NCBI RefSeq assembly: GCF_004010195.1
Contig: NC_057752.1
Location: 13,232,007 to 13,296,006 of the forward strand
Length of the DNA: 64,000 bases
Reading direction: 5' to 3'
Source of the DNA: Chiloscyllium plagiosum
Taxonomy: Eukaryota
In this document: positions 11,450-24,699 of the stretch, in pieces
Position numbering within the stretch: the stretch's first letter is position 1
Layout: each line of letters starts with the position of its first letter
Program-made: the position numbers and the translations under genes
The notes under the pieces: model-generated
The model's database searches: none
What the model saw: only the letters and a program-made list of their open reading frames with translations
What the model was told of the DNA's origin: nothing

Positions 11450-13132
11450 AAGAATGGCGGAAGTTCAGGCCAGGTAGGGGTAGAATGGGCCTACCGGGTC
11501 ACAATACATGGGCCCGGCTCGAACCAGCGCCCCCGCCCGGTCCTGTTCCGGCTGCGGAGCTATAAGGTGAGGCAGATGCTTTTGGAAGCCTCCAGAAATC
11601 TTGGGAAAGATCCACAAGGATCCAAGGTTATGTTATTTCAGGACTTTTTCCCAGCTTTAGTTCGAAAGAGGGAGGCATTTGATGAAGCAAAGAAGTGTTT
11701 AAGGGATTTAAACATTCAATACTCTTTGCGCTACCCAGCTATACTACGCTTTAGCCATGAAGGGTCCGTGTTTAACTTCGGATCACCGGAGAAGGCCAAG
11801 GAACTTTTGGACTCTCTTAGACAAACTATAAGAGTTAATTGATGTTGTTTTGCCCTACCCCTACCTCTGGATCAGTGGTGCTGGAAGAGCACAGCAGTTT
11901 AGGCAGTGTCCAAGGAGCTTCGAAGTCGACGATTCGGGCAAAAGCCCTTCATCAGGAATAAAGGCAGTGAGCCTGAAGCGTGGAGAGATAAGCTAGAGGA
12001 GGGTGGGGGTGGGGAGAAAGTAGCATAGAGTATAATGGGTGAGTGGGGGAGGGGATGAAGGTGATAGGTCAGGGAGGAGAGGGTGGAGTGGATAGGTGGA
12101 AAGGGAGCTAGGCAGGTAGGACAAGTCCGGACAAGTCATGGGGACAGTACTGAGCTGGTTACCTACCCCCACCTCAGTCTACCCCCCCTTTTTTTTCCTT
12201 TCATTATCTTACTGTTTAATATTATCTCCGGGGTAGGGGGGTGGGAAGAAGGACTTATTTATTCATCCTTTACTTAGCGATTTCTTTCCCCCCTTTTTTT
12301 TGTATATATATTTATATATACATATAGGTCAGGGGGTCTAGTTAATGTAGATGGGGGGAAGGTGGCTACCTTATCTTATTTTCTTTGTCCTTGGGAGCGG
12401 GGTTGTTTTCCACTGTTATTTTGTATTAATATATTTAGTTATTATTTGCTGAGACTGTACTTTTATAGTCATATATGTTCATATATGGTATTAACATTAC
12501 CAAATATATCCAGGTGTTGGTGTGGGTGGGGGATAGGGTACTCACTGTTAGTTCTAGTTCAGTAGTATACTTGAATTTTCTTTATCCTATCGTGGGGTGC
12601 CTGGGTCAAGGGTGGAGCACTGGTTGAGAGAGGTTATGATGGGGTTTTTGGAAAGGAAATGATGCCCCCTGGGAATAAGGGGGAAGATCTCCATTTAAAT
12701 ACATTTTATACTTTTTTTTTACTATTTAGAATTTTTTTTTATTATATTGATCTGAATGTACTAAAGAGCTTTTATTTTTGTGAATTTTATATGCTCTATG
12801 CTCGGGATGTTTTGGATAAATACGGGTTTTGTTGTGATCTGATGTTAACACATTCCGAGCATGTATATCACTGCTCAATTTATGTGTTATCCGTTGGGTT
12901 TTTTATTCTCTTGAATAATGTAAGAATTTTAATGATACACTCTGGTTAGTTGTAAGTTGGACGAGTAGTTAGTTGAGTTTTGTCTTTTTTTTCTCTTAGT
13001 ATTTCTGTTTTCTTGTTTGATAGATTTTGGTGATCATTTATTTAAGATTTAACTGTATATCAATGTTTATACTTGGGTCTTTTTTTTAAGTTTTCTTTTG
13101 TAAACTTGTGGAAAAAAAATTTTTAAAAAAAG
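11450..13132 (+). mobile_element. L1-clade element: ORF1p C-terminal fragment, AT/T-rich 3' region and A-rich tail; no ORF2 visible
   Basis: ORF 11567-11842 (FQDFFPALVRKREAFDEAKKCLRDLNIQYSLRYPAILRF...) resembles the L1 ORF1p RRM/CTD; A-rich end near 13110-13132. Confidence 0.7.
11868..12161 (-). mobile_element. PLE family A terminal insertion inside the L1 element, 14-bp TSD
   Basis: Flanks CCTACCCCTACCTC 11854-11867 and CCTACCCCCACCTC 12162-12175; degenerate hammerhead (GAAA changed to GAAU) near 11924-11960. Confidence 0.85.
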
Positions 13133-14079
13133 AATGGCAGAAGTAATACATGTCTAAGTTTTGTTTATTCATTCAGAGGATGGGAGTGTCGCTGGCTAAG
13201 CCAGCACTTATTGCCAATCCCTAATTACTTCTTGAGAAGGTGAGCTGCCTACTTGAACCGCTGGAGTCCTTGTGGTGTAGCTATGCCCATAGTGCTATTA
13301 GCTCGAGGGGAGGGAGAGGGGGGGAGCTCCCAGGATCCAATGGAGCACTGAGCTATGCATCTCAGAGTACAAGATGTTTAGAAAAGCACGCGTCATGTAC
13401 TCCCTCTTCTTCACTGAATGAGGAAAGCATCATTTGCCAAGCATCCTTCAGCAGCAACTATCAAACCCACTAACTCTACCCCCTAGAAGGACAAGGGGCA
13501 GCAGATACATGGACTGCACTGGTTCAAGAAGGCAGCTCACCACCACCTTCTCAAGAGGCAACCAGGAATGGGCAGTAAATGTGATGCCCACATTCCATCA
13601 ATAAATAAAAAAAAAGGTACCTGAACTCAAACTGAGCATCAGCTGCTCTCTGCTTTATCTTGTAGTTAGATGACTGTTGTTATACCTGTTCTGCTGCAGT
13701 AGGGTGGGGTTCTGTGATGATAGAAGAGAATGACCACTGCCCAAAGCATCCAACCTCTAAGACCTGTACCAGGTTGAAAATGTTTCACACCTCCCCTGAA
13801 CTTGGTATGACTGCTCATCTGGCTCCTGAACTGCTGGCTCTGATGTTCCCCCAAGGATCTATCCCTTCCTATTACTCATCTTCATGCTGCCCTTTGGTGA
13901 CATCATCCAAAAACATGACATTAGTTTTCACGTCTGACAGTTTATCTAACACCCACGTTTGGCTGTCAGAATTGTGTCTAGTTCAATCTGAGGATTACCA
14001 TAAAACATCATCTTGGATCCTTGCCAACAATGCAACTGCTCCTCCTCAGTCACCATTTCAGGTTGAAGCCAATTGCTCT

Positions 14080-14370
14080 CACCTACTATTCAGCCCTGAG
14101 CTGAGAGTTCAACCCCATATCCTCTCCATCACAAAAACAGACCAGACTACAGCTCTGTAACATCACCTGCCTTTAACACTGCCTCAGTTCATTTACTGCT
14201 GAAACCTTTCATCCTTGCCTTTGTTATACCTTGACAATTCCAGTGCTCCCCTGGACAATATTCTGTCTTCCACACTCCACAAATTTCAATTCATGCAAAA
14301 CACTGTGACAATGTGTTAATGTTTTGCTCACCCTCACCCCTTTCCTTGAGGAATTACATTGGTCAGTGCC
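14080..14370 (+). mobile_element. Ancient L2-like RT 3' remnant
   Basis: GCTGAAACC...ATCCTTGCCTTTGTTA...TTGACAATTCCAGTGCTC resembles the L2 AETLIHAFVTSRLDYSNAL region. Confidence 0.5.
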
Positions 14371-14547
14371 TGTCATCGATAAAAGAGAAATGACTGCTAA
14401 GCGTCTATACCAGCAGTGGCATCATTGGTAACCTCAGTTATGTATGGTAGCATTGCTTTTAGCAGAAGCTCAGTGGTGTGATTCTGAGCCTGTGCAGGAC
14501 TGACATCATCTTGGTTTGCTGTACAAACCTCGATACGTTGCTAAGTA

Positions 14548-14838
14548 CAGGTATGCAATCCTTTATCCGAAAGGCTCTGTAATCCAAAATTTTTTTCATG
14601 GAGTGTGGAGCATCATTTTGGTGTGCGATCATGTAACCCAACTCCACACCCACTCGAACCATGTCACTCAGATGTGACGTGACGGTGTGGCCCAGCACTG
14701 GCAGGTGTCAATTGTATCTCAGCGCTCGTACTAGTTACATGTGCATCTCTGTTAGGTAATTTTATTTCACTGTGAAAATGTCATTTATTCCAAACAACAA
14801 CTGGCCCCAAGGATTTCAGATAAAGTATTGTGTACCTG
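14548..14838. mobile_element. Tc1/mariner (Tigger-like) MITE, about 25-bp TIRs, TA target duplication
   Basis: TA|CAGGTATGCAATCCTTTATCCGAAA ... TTTCAGATAAAGTATTGTGTACCTG|TA. Confidence 0.8.
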
Positions 14839-16036
14839 TAGTACCTTCTTGTAATGGGATGCTCCATCCTGCTTTATTCAGCTCAAGCCCCCATAAATAT
14901 GAGTCAATGTAAAGCATCAAATTAAACTGATGAAAGTCTGCATAAATCCTTTGGCAGCCTTCTCAATAAAAGTTCCGAAGGCCCTGATTTGAACCTTGCA
15001 TCTGTATTTGTAGCATCCTATTCCAGTTAACATTTGACTTTGCCACTCCATTCGATAGCTGTTAGGCAGCTGAATGTACCTCTCAATTATGCAGACAATA
15101 ACTTTCAGACAGGAGCTTAACCCTACCGTGTGTGGTTTTGTTCCTCCTTACAGAATCACTCACCAGGGTTAATGGGTCAGAAAGTCAAGAAGAAAAAAAA
15201 CCCTTTAGAAGTCATCTGTTTCCTTTCTCAATTTGGATGGTCGCATTAACCTTTTCTCTGAAACTCTATTGCACCTTCTCAGATGAGGGTCTTTCGACTA
15301 TTATAAGGGTCGTAAGGTTTCCATGGTGAACTGAGGCTTTGACCCTTGAGTGGCAAAGGGCTATTACCATTCCTGCATTAAAGGCTCTGTTAGCTTTAAT
15401 AGCTACATCTGAATGATAACTTGCCTCTGACAAAAATTCAGTAAATGGTTTCTGGTTTCTATTGAAATTGTGCCAAAATGTGAGGTTAGTTCTGCAGTCT
15501 CGCAATCAGAAGGTTGCGGCCCTGCTTCAGACCTTAAAACTCAAGGGCGTATTTTCCTCCAAAGTTACATTGGTCTTCTACTACAGATTGAGTGGTGATC
15601 TGCTGGTTCCCACGTGAAATATCAATAATCTGGTATCACATCTGTTAGAGCTAAGAGGAGTAGGCACAACTGATAATCATTCAAACGGGTGTGATAATGT
15701 ACTGGCCTCTATTTCAGGATCATTGGTATAATTTTACATATTTCATGAGTCTGATTGTGACATTAGTGCCACCTCCTTCCCCAACTAGAAGAAACATAAT
15801 GTTCAAATAGATATGTGAGAAATGCTATCATAGGTCACAGTTTTTGTCATCGCTGTCAAAGCAATACTAGACATGAGGAATTAGAAAGTGGTATTATGAA
15901 GGAGAAATTGTGATTAAACGATTTATTGTTTTATTCATTCAAGTTGTAATTCTTTAAAGGAGTAACATGTGCTGTGGATATTTAGGAGCCCATTGATATA
16001 CTGTATTTGGATCTCCAGAAGATATTTGTCAAGCTG

Positions 16037-16705
16037 CCACAGCAGGCAGTGAAGAAAGCTAGTGGCATGCTGGCCTTTATAATAAGAGGGATTGAGTATA
16101 GGAGCAAAGAGGTTCTTCTGCAGCTGTATAGGGCCCTGGTGAGACCACACCTGGAGTATTGTGTGTAGTTTTGGTCTCCAAATTTGAGGAAGGACGTTCT
16201 GGCTATTGAGGGAGTGCAGCATAGATTCACAAGGTCAATTCCCAGAATGGCGGGACTATCATATGTTGAAAGATTGGAGCAACTGGGCTTGTATCCACTT
16301 GAGTTTAGAAAGATGAGAGGGGATCTGATTGAGACATATAAGATAATTAAAGAATTGGGCACTCTGGAGGCAGGAAGCATGTTTCCGCTGATGGGTGAGT
16401 CCAGAACCAGAGGACACAGTTTAAAAATAAGGGGTAGGCCGTTTAGAACAGAGTTGAGGAGAAACTTCTTCACCCAGAAAGTGGTGGATATATGGAATGC
16501 TCTGCCCCAGAAGGCACTGGAGGCCAAGTCTCTGGATACTTTCAAGAAAGAGATGGATAGAGCTCTTAAAGATAGTGGAATCAAGGGTTATGGGGATAAG
16601 GCAGGAACAGGATACTGATTGTGAATGAGCAGCCATGATCATAATGAATGGTGGTGCTGGCTCAAAGGGCCAAATGGCCTACTCCTGCACCTATTGTCTA
16701 TTGTC
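16037..16705 (+). mobile_element. Younger CR1 LINE 3' end nested in an older CR1 (about 15940-16036 and 16706-16995)
   Basis: ORF 16184-16618 (RRNFFTQKVVDIWNALP) and CTATTGT tail. The flanks continue a DFQKAFDKVPH...KFADG-type RT. Confidence 0.9.
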
Positions 16706-16997
16706 ATATAAAGTTGCTCAAAGAAGCATGTTTATGGTGAAGGGGATAATATACCAACATGGACTGGCTCAATGGCAGAAAACAAAGAGTGCGCAAAAAT
16801 AGGTCTTTTTCAGATTGGCAGGATGTAACAAGTGGGGTCCCTCAAGGGTCTGTTCTGGGGCCTCAGTTTGCTTTTTACAATTTATATCAATGATTCAGAT
16901 GAGGGGATGAAAGGCACAGTGGCTAAGTTTGCAGATGGCTCAAAAATAGGTAGAATGTACATTGTGAAGATGACATAACAAGGATGGAGATGCAGTG

Positions 16998-18330
16998 AGG
17001 ACAAGTGAGGACTACAGATGCTGGAGAGTCAGAGGCGAAAGTGTGGTGCTGGAAAAGAACAGCAGGTCAGGCAGCATCCGAGGAGCAAGAAAATCGATGT
17101 TTCGGGTATAAGCCCTTCATCAGGAATGAGATAATGAGGAAATTGGTGAAATCCACATTAATCCCATGTGGTTGCAGAGTGCCAAGGGGGAAGATGAGGT
17201 GTTCTTCCTCCAAGCGTCAGGTGGTTAGGGTTTAGTGATGGAGGAGGCCCAGGACCTGCATGTCTTTGGTGGAGTGGGAGGGGGAGTTGAAGTGTTCAGC
17301 CATGGGGTGGTGGGGTTGGTTGGTGCGGGTATCCCAGAGGTGTTCTCTGAAACAATCTGTAAGGAGGCGTCCTGTGTCCCCACTGTAGGGGAGACCACAT
17401 CGGGTGTAACGGATACAGTTGGCACAGGTTTTGCACTTCCTGCAGTGGCAAGGGAAGATGCCGGGAGTGGGGTGAGAGCTGGTGGGGAATGTGGATCTGA
17501 CAAGGGAATCACGGAGGGAATGGTCTCTCCGAAATGCTGATAGGGGTAGTTAGGGAAATATATCCCTGGTGGTGGGGTCTGTTTGTAGGTGGCGGAAGTG
17601 ACGGAGGATGATGCAATATGTACAGAGGTTGGTGGGGTGGTAGGTGAGGACCAGGGCATTCTCTCCTTGTTGCGTCAGGAAGGGTGGGGTTCAAGGGCAG
17701 AGGTGCAGGAAGTGGAGGAGATGCACTGGAGGGCATCATCGACCGCATGGGAGGGGAAATTGTGGTCTTTGAAGAAGGATGCCATTTGGAATTTTCTATG
17801 ATAGAATTGCAGCGGAGGCGGAGGAATTGGAATAAGGGATGACATTTTTACAGGAGGCACGGTAGGAGGATGTGTAGTCAAGGTAGCTGTGGGTTGTAGT
17901 AGATGTCTGTGGTTAGTCGGTCCTCAGAGATGGAAATGGAGATGGAGAGGCCCAGAAAGGGGAGGTAGGTGGTCCAGGTGAAATTGAGGTTCAGAGTCAA
18001 AGGTGTTAGTGAAGTTGATGAACTGTTCAACCTCCTCATGGGAGCACAAAGTAGCACCAATACAGTCATCAATGTAGCGGAGGAAAAGGTGGGAGATGGT
18101 GCTGGTGAACCTACAAACAGACCCCACCAGAATGGATATATTTCCCTCCCCACTCCTATCAGCATTTCAGAGAGACTATTTCCTCCATGAATCCCTCGTC
18201 AGATCCACACCCACCCCACACCAGCCCACACCCCACTCCCGGCACCTTCCCCTGCCACTGCAGGAATTGCAAAACTTGCGCCCACACCTCCTCCCTCACC
18301 TCCATCCAAGGTCCCAAAGGATCCTTCCAC
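16998..18330 (-). mobile_element. PLE family A (Neptune-like), internally deleted, with an inverted segment at about 18110-18330
   Basis: FLRYIDDCIG RT, GIY-YIG C-terminal remnants, and a Cys linker PGTFPCHCRNCKTC on the opposite strand. Degenerate hammerhead at about 17092-17128. Confidence 0.9.
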
Positions 18331-18549
18331 GTCCTACAGAATTGGGTCTATAAGGTGGATGTGGAAAGGCTCCTATGGCAAGTTCAGAGAGATCTGCAAG
18401 CCCTTTTCCATCAATCAAGAAACCAGCATCCATGTTCAGTAGAATAGGGAAAGCCAGTGGAATGTTGACCTTTATTTCAAAGGAAATAGAGTGTAAAATT
18501 AGGGAGATTTTGCTGAAACTGTCTAAAGCACTAAGACCACAGCTGTTCT

Positions 18550-20530
18550 CAAAGAACAAAGCACAGGAACAGGCCCTTAGGCCCTCCAAGCCTGTGCCAA
18601 TCATCATGCCCTAAACTAAACTAGAAAACAAACCTTCTGCCCTTATTCGGTCTGTATCCCTTTATTCCCTCTCTATTCATGTAACCATCCAAATGCTTTT
18701 GAAATATTGCCAACATGCCTGCTTTCACCATCTCTTCTGGCAGTCTGACTATCCACCCTATCTCTGCCTCTCCTACCACTGAGTGAAAAACCTCCCTCAC
18801 ACATCTCCCTTAAACTTTTCCCCTCTCACCTTGAACCTGTGCCCTCTTGTAATTGAAACTTCAACTCTTAGCAAAAGTCTCTGACTATCCACCCTATCTC
18901 TGCCTCTCCTAATTTTGTAGACCTCTATCAGGTCTCCTCTCAGTTGGCGTCTTTCCAGTGAAAAACAATCCTACACTTTTTAACCTTTCCTCAGAGGCAA
19001 TGCTCTTGAGACCGGGCAACATCCTGGTGAACCTTCTCTGCACTCTCTCCAAAGTTTCCACCTCCTTCTGAGAGCATGGTGACCGAAACTACACACAATA
19101 CTCCAAATGTGGCCAAGCAAGAGTCTTATATAGCTGCAACATGGTTTGCCAACTCTTGTACTCCAAGCCCTGGCCAATGAAGGCAAGCATGCCATATGCC
19201 TTCTTTAATCACCTTAGTGACCAGTGCCACCACTTTTAGGGAACTATGGACCTACGCGCCCAGATCCATCTGTGTGTTAATGTTCCTAAGGGTTCTGCCA
19301 CTTATAGTATAATTCACACCTAAATTTGATCCTCCAAAACGCATCACCTCACATTTATCTGGATTAAACTCCTTCTGCCATTTGTGCTTAAATCGCCAAT
19401 CTATCTATATCCTGTTGTATCCTTTCACAGTCACTAGCACCATCAACAACTTCGATCACTGTGTCATCTGCAAGCTTACTAATCAGACCACCCACATTTT
19501 CATCCAGATCATTTAACAGAGGGCTTAAGACTGATACCTGTGGACCACCACTAGTTACCAGTCTCCATTCTGAAAAACACCCTTGTGCTATTATCCTCCA
19601 TCGATGACCAAGCCAGTTTTGTATCCATCTAGCCAGTCCAGCCCAAATCCCATAAGATTTTAGTTTTTGTACTAATTTGCCATGTGGGACTATATCAAAT
19701 GCCTTGTCCACATAAAGTATATCCACAGCCATTCCCTCATCAATCTTTGAATTTTTTTGAAGCGGTGACAATCGGGTTGGTGAGACATACTGTCCCCATA
19801 CAAAACTATGCTGCCTGTCACTAACTAGTCCCTTTTCTTCCAAATACATGATATATCTTGTCCCTCAGTATCTTTTTCAAGAGCTTCCCCACCACAGATG
19901 TTAGGCTTCCCCCCCAATAATATTTTGGATTATCCCTGCTTCCTTTCTTAAGGAAGCAAACAACATTGGCTAATCTCCAGTCCTCTGGAATCCTGCCCGT
20001 CATCAAAGAGGATGTGAAGACATCTGCTAATGCCCCAGCTATTTCTTCCCTTGCCTCTCATAGTAACTTGGGATAGATCCCATCTGGCCCTGGGGACCTG
20101 TCTACCTTAACAATTTAGGATACCCAAAACTTCCTCCTTCAATATATTGACATTCTGTAGAGTATTTACACACTCATCCCCAACCTCAGTCATGTATGTC
20201 TTTATATTGCTATTCACCAAGGAGAATCTCTCCCATGTCCTGTGGCTGCACGCATAACTTCCTTCCTTTATCCTTGAGGGGGCCTACTTTTGCCTAGTCA
20301 CTCTTTCTTTCAATATATGCATATATATTCAGGATGCTGCCTGAACTGCTGTGCTTTTCCAGCACCACTCATCTAGCATATGCATAAAAAGCCTTGGGAT
20401 TTTCCTTGCCCCTGTTTGCTAAAGACATTGCATGGCTCCTTTTAGCCTTCTGAATTCAGTATTTAAACTCCTTCCCAATTTCTCTGTAGTCAAGGGCTTC
20501 ATTAGTTTGTAGCTGTCTAGATCTATCTTT
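18550..20530 (-). mobile_element. CR1/HER1-like LINE, decayed ORF2
   Basis: ORF fragments IPEDWRLANVV, DKAFDIVPHG and ISKLADDT. Confidence 0.9.
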
Positions 20531-20730
20531 AACCTGAAGATTGGGACTTTTTCTTTCTGTGCTTTGTAAAACTGTGGACTGAAACGAGAACCAATGGTTT
20601 TGAAAACCAGGGATCTCTCCAAGGATGGCTGCATGGTTAGACAGTAAGGAATGTGATGCCTATGGTGGACCCGGTTTGTGAAGTGGTTGATTCTAGTGAC
20701 GTGCAGACACACAGGGCTATTTAGAAGTGA

Positions 20731-20808
20731 TGCTGCCTGAACTGCTGTGCTCTTCCAGCACCACTAATTCAGAATCTGGTTTTTAGTATCTGCAGTCATT
20801 GTTTTTAC
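20731..20808 (+). mobile_element. 78-bp PLE family A tail insertion with perfect 14-bp TSD
   Basis: CTATTTAGAAGTGA at 20717-20730 and 20809-20822. Confidence 0.85.
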
Positions 20809-22009
20809 CTATTTAGAAGTGAAACTGATTGTTGACTAGAGACCAGTAACCAAACTAATGACAAAGGTTCTCTCCCTGCCAGTGATGCAATTGGTTGTCA
20901 GCTTGGGCTGTGAACAAGACCAAGAGCAGCTTTGTCAGACCAGAAGAGAAACCAGCAGGTCTGAACTAACCAGAAAACTCCCTCTCTCTTCTCTACAAGA
21001 AGTTACTGTAAACCTGATGAAAACCAATTTACCTTTCCTTCAGCAATAAATGCAAACTATGACTTTGAATTGGATAAGTTAGAGATGGTTCCTCAGTGAA
21101 CTAACTACCCTGGCTATAGTTATAAAACTGGTAAGAAACAGTCATTCTTGTTAAGTACAGAAACCTGGTTTACGCTTTCTACCAACCTGGGTCTTAAAAA
21201 TCAGGTCATTTGGGGATTTTGCAGATTTAGTCTAAAAACTAACTTTTGTCACAATTCTGGGAATAGCAGTACTTGCTTTCCAGTGCACTACCTGAGTAAG
21301 TTGTAACAGTCTCCACATGAGGGGAGATAGACTGACATTGGAGGCAGTCTGGAGAAGGTTCACTTGGCTGACACCAGGTATAGAGCGGCTGTCTTATGAA
21401 GAGAGGCTGAGCAAGGTTGGGCTTGTAGTCATTGGGGTTTAGAAGAATGAGAAGGGATTTAGGGTAAATCAGTTGTTTCCTCTTATAGGAGAGTCTAGGA
21501 CCAGAGGGTACAATCGCAGAATAAGGGGTCACCCATTTAACACAGATAGGGAAGAACTTCTTCTGAGGGGAGTGAATCTATGGAATTTTTTAAACTGCAG
21601 AGGGCTATGTAACTTTCAAACCGTCTGCCTCAGGTGGTGGAAGAAAGATCATTGAATATGTTTAAAAGGATTCTTGGTAGACAATAGAATCAAAGATTAT
21701 TGGGGGTAGACAGAAAGGTGGATTTCAGAACAGACAGATAAGCAATGATTTTATTGAATGAGATTGCAGTTTTGAAGGACTGAGTGGCCCTCTTTGCTGT
21801 TAATACATAGAAGGTAAACACAATGATGCGGAGTTTGACGTTTTGGGGATTTTTTTTTTAAAAACACAAAACAAACCTGCTCCGTGGAGATGATGTGATC
21901 AGCTTGTCCTTCCCAAAACATCCAATACAGGCACATTTCAAAGATTTGGATCCATTACTGGAACAATGGTCATGACCTCACCCATATGGCAAAGTGAGAA
22001 GGATGTGAC

Positions 22010-22665
22010 AGATTCCTACAGCACGGAGACAGGCCCTTTGGCCCAAGCCGACCAAAACCTCAAATCAACGCTAACCCATTTCCCTGCACTTGGCCCATAT
22101 TCTGCTAAACCTTTCCTATCCACGTATTTGTCCAGATGCCTTTTAAATATTGTTAATGTTTCTGCCTCAACCACTTCCATTAGCAGCTCATTCCACATGT
22201 GTACCACTCTTGTGTAAAATGGTTGCCTCTCAGGTTCCCTTTTATTCTTTCTCCTCTAATCCTCAATTCCCCAACCCTGGGAAAACAACTGAGTGCATTC
22301 ACTCTATCCATGTCTCTCATGATCTCCTCCCCCCGTCCCCCCACCCCCCACCCCTCCGTCTCCTACACTAAAAGAAAAAAAAAGTCCTACCTTGTCCAGC
22401 CTCTCTCCCTTTAACTCAGACCACATCCAGGCAACATCCTTTTACATTTCTTCCATCTTCTTTCCAGTTTAATAACATCCTTCCAATAACAAGGTGACCA
22501 AAACTGAACACAATACTCAAAGTGCAGCCTCATTAATATCCCGTACAACAACTGCAACATAACTTCCCAACTTCAATCCTAAGTACCCTGATGAAGGCCA
22601 GTCTGCCAAAAACCTTCTTCACTGCCCTATCTACCTGTGACTCCAGTTTCGGAGAATGTGAACCT
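22010..22665 (-). mobile_element. CR1/HER1-like 3' fragment
   Basis: MWNELLMEVVEAETLTIFKRHLDKY. Confidence 0.85.
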
Positions 22666-23999
22666 GATGTGCTGTGGGCATTACCCCCCTCCAAGATCCT
22701 TCCCATCCCTACTCCAACTTAGTAGGGATGGGGAAAAAAAAAAAAAGACAGTGACAGAATAACATCACTAATATTAATATCATAAATGTCTATACTCGTA
22801 CTAAGTCCCGTTCATTCATCATCCCTATGCTTGCTGACCTATTTGATTTCAAGTTAGGCAACACCTCGATATGGACATTCTCACCTTTCCACAGCCTTGT
22901 CGTTCCCTATCTGTAATCACTTCCAGCCCCAGGAAACATTCAGATGTCTGTGCTCCTCCAATTCTGGCCTCTTGTAAATTGGAGTTTTAAAGCATCACAT
23001 TAGAGTGGATGTTCCCCCTAATGGGGGGAAACCAAGACCAAGGACATACAGTCTCAGAATAAAGGGATGCCAATTTAAAATTGAGAGGAGGAGGAGGAAT
23101 TTCTTGAGGGTTGAGGGTCTTTGGAACTCCTTGCCACAACCAATCGAGGGGCAGAGCCCTTGTGCATACACAAGGCTTATAGGAGAAAGGGCAGGAGTGG
23201 ACATGAGGAATGTCAGGAATCGACTTGTGGAGCAGGCTAAAAAGGGGCCAAAGGGCCTACTCCTGTTCAGATTGCAAATGGTGATCGTTTAAAAATGGGC
23301 TCCAGCTGCCTATGCTGCAAGCCAAGTTGGCATCTTATAATTTGCCTTGAATAAATTAATTTATATCCAAGTCAGGTACTCACAGGTTCGAGTCCCACTT
23401 CAGAGACCTGAGCACAAACATTTTGGCTGATACTTAACTGGGTCTCGGAGGCAGAACTTCTCCCATTCAGCTACACTCAATGACAGAATGGAAGGCAAAT
23501 AGGAGAAAGTTCGCACTTGATTACATACTTTGGACAAAAATCATTAAAAAAAATACTTGACTATAATATTTAGAAACATCTTCTTTACGAAAGAATACTT
23601 TGTAATCGGTGTTTAACTTAAACTGATTTTAGTTATATGGGGGAGCAGGCATGTAGATAAATAGTCTCAGGAATTACTTCTAAGTTATCCACTGTTATTA
23701 AAAACATCAAAAGGATTGGAGTCATTGCAAGGAATGTATCCTTGTAAAGCTGAACTTTTCATATTTGTTTCAACATACAGCCAGCCTGTGTGGAAGTATG
23801 ATGGGGAGAAAAGGAGTGCTAATACTGGTTTACCTCAGCTGAGAAAACCAAGGAATCACTTCCTGAATGCAGCACCCTTATTTTCACTATTCATACTTCT
23901 AAATTGTTTTGACACTTTCCAGGTGAATCAAGTACTTAAATATGGAATGGAACAGATCAGATCAGATCAAACAAGAGGGAACTCTAACATCAGTTCAGA

Positions 24000-24340
24000 A
24001 TCCCCGAGTGTGGGTGGGCTGATTGGCTCCCCCCCCCTCCCTCCAAGTCGACACCAACCCTCCAAAAAGCATCCCACTCAAACCCACCCACTGTCCTATC
24101 CCCCTGCATTTCCTATGGCTAACCCACTAACCTGCGCATCAGTGGACACCGTGGGCAATTCAGCACGGTCAATCCACCGAACCCACACATCTTTGATTGT
24201 GGGCGGAAATCAGAGCACCTGAAGGAAATCCACTTAGACACAGGGAGAATGCTTGTCTGGAGTTTGCAAAATCACCCAAGGGTGGAATAAAACCCAGGTT
24301 CCTGGTGCTGAGGGGCAGCATTGTTAATCACTGACTATGC
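24000..24340 (-). mobile_element. HE1-like SINE, decayed
   Basis: Similar to the other HE1-like copies. Confidence 0.7.
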
Positions 24341-24699
24341 TGCAACAAATCGGCCAATTTTTGGTCTCCCTATCAAAAGGCAGGATATACTTGCTATAGA
24401 GTGCGCATAGGTCACTAGACGGAGCCCAGGGCTAGCCAAGAGGATAGATTAAAGGAATAATGCTAAAGGAACTGAAACCTTGGTGTATGTGCACAAAGGT
24501 CATTAAAAATGGCAATACTAGTGGAGAGAATCATGAATACAGCATACAGTATCATAGGCTTTAATCAATGGAACACAAGATCAGGGATCCACACAAGACA
24601 CGACCTAAGCTGGGAGTATAATGTACAATGCTGGGCATCACACTATAGTGTGGTTGTGAACACATTGGAAAAGGTATAGATAGATTTTACAGAATGGTT

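Noticed and set aside
15982..16584. 200-aa minus-strand ORF and similar antisense ORFs (42654, 27304)
   Set aside because: Shadow frames opposite CR1 or sp5l coding sequence; no recognisable motifs.
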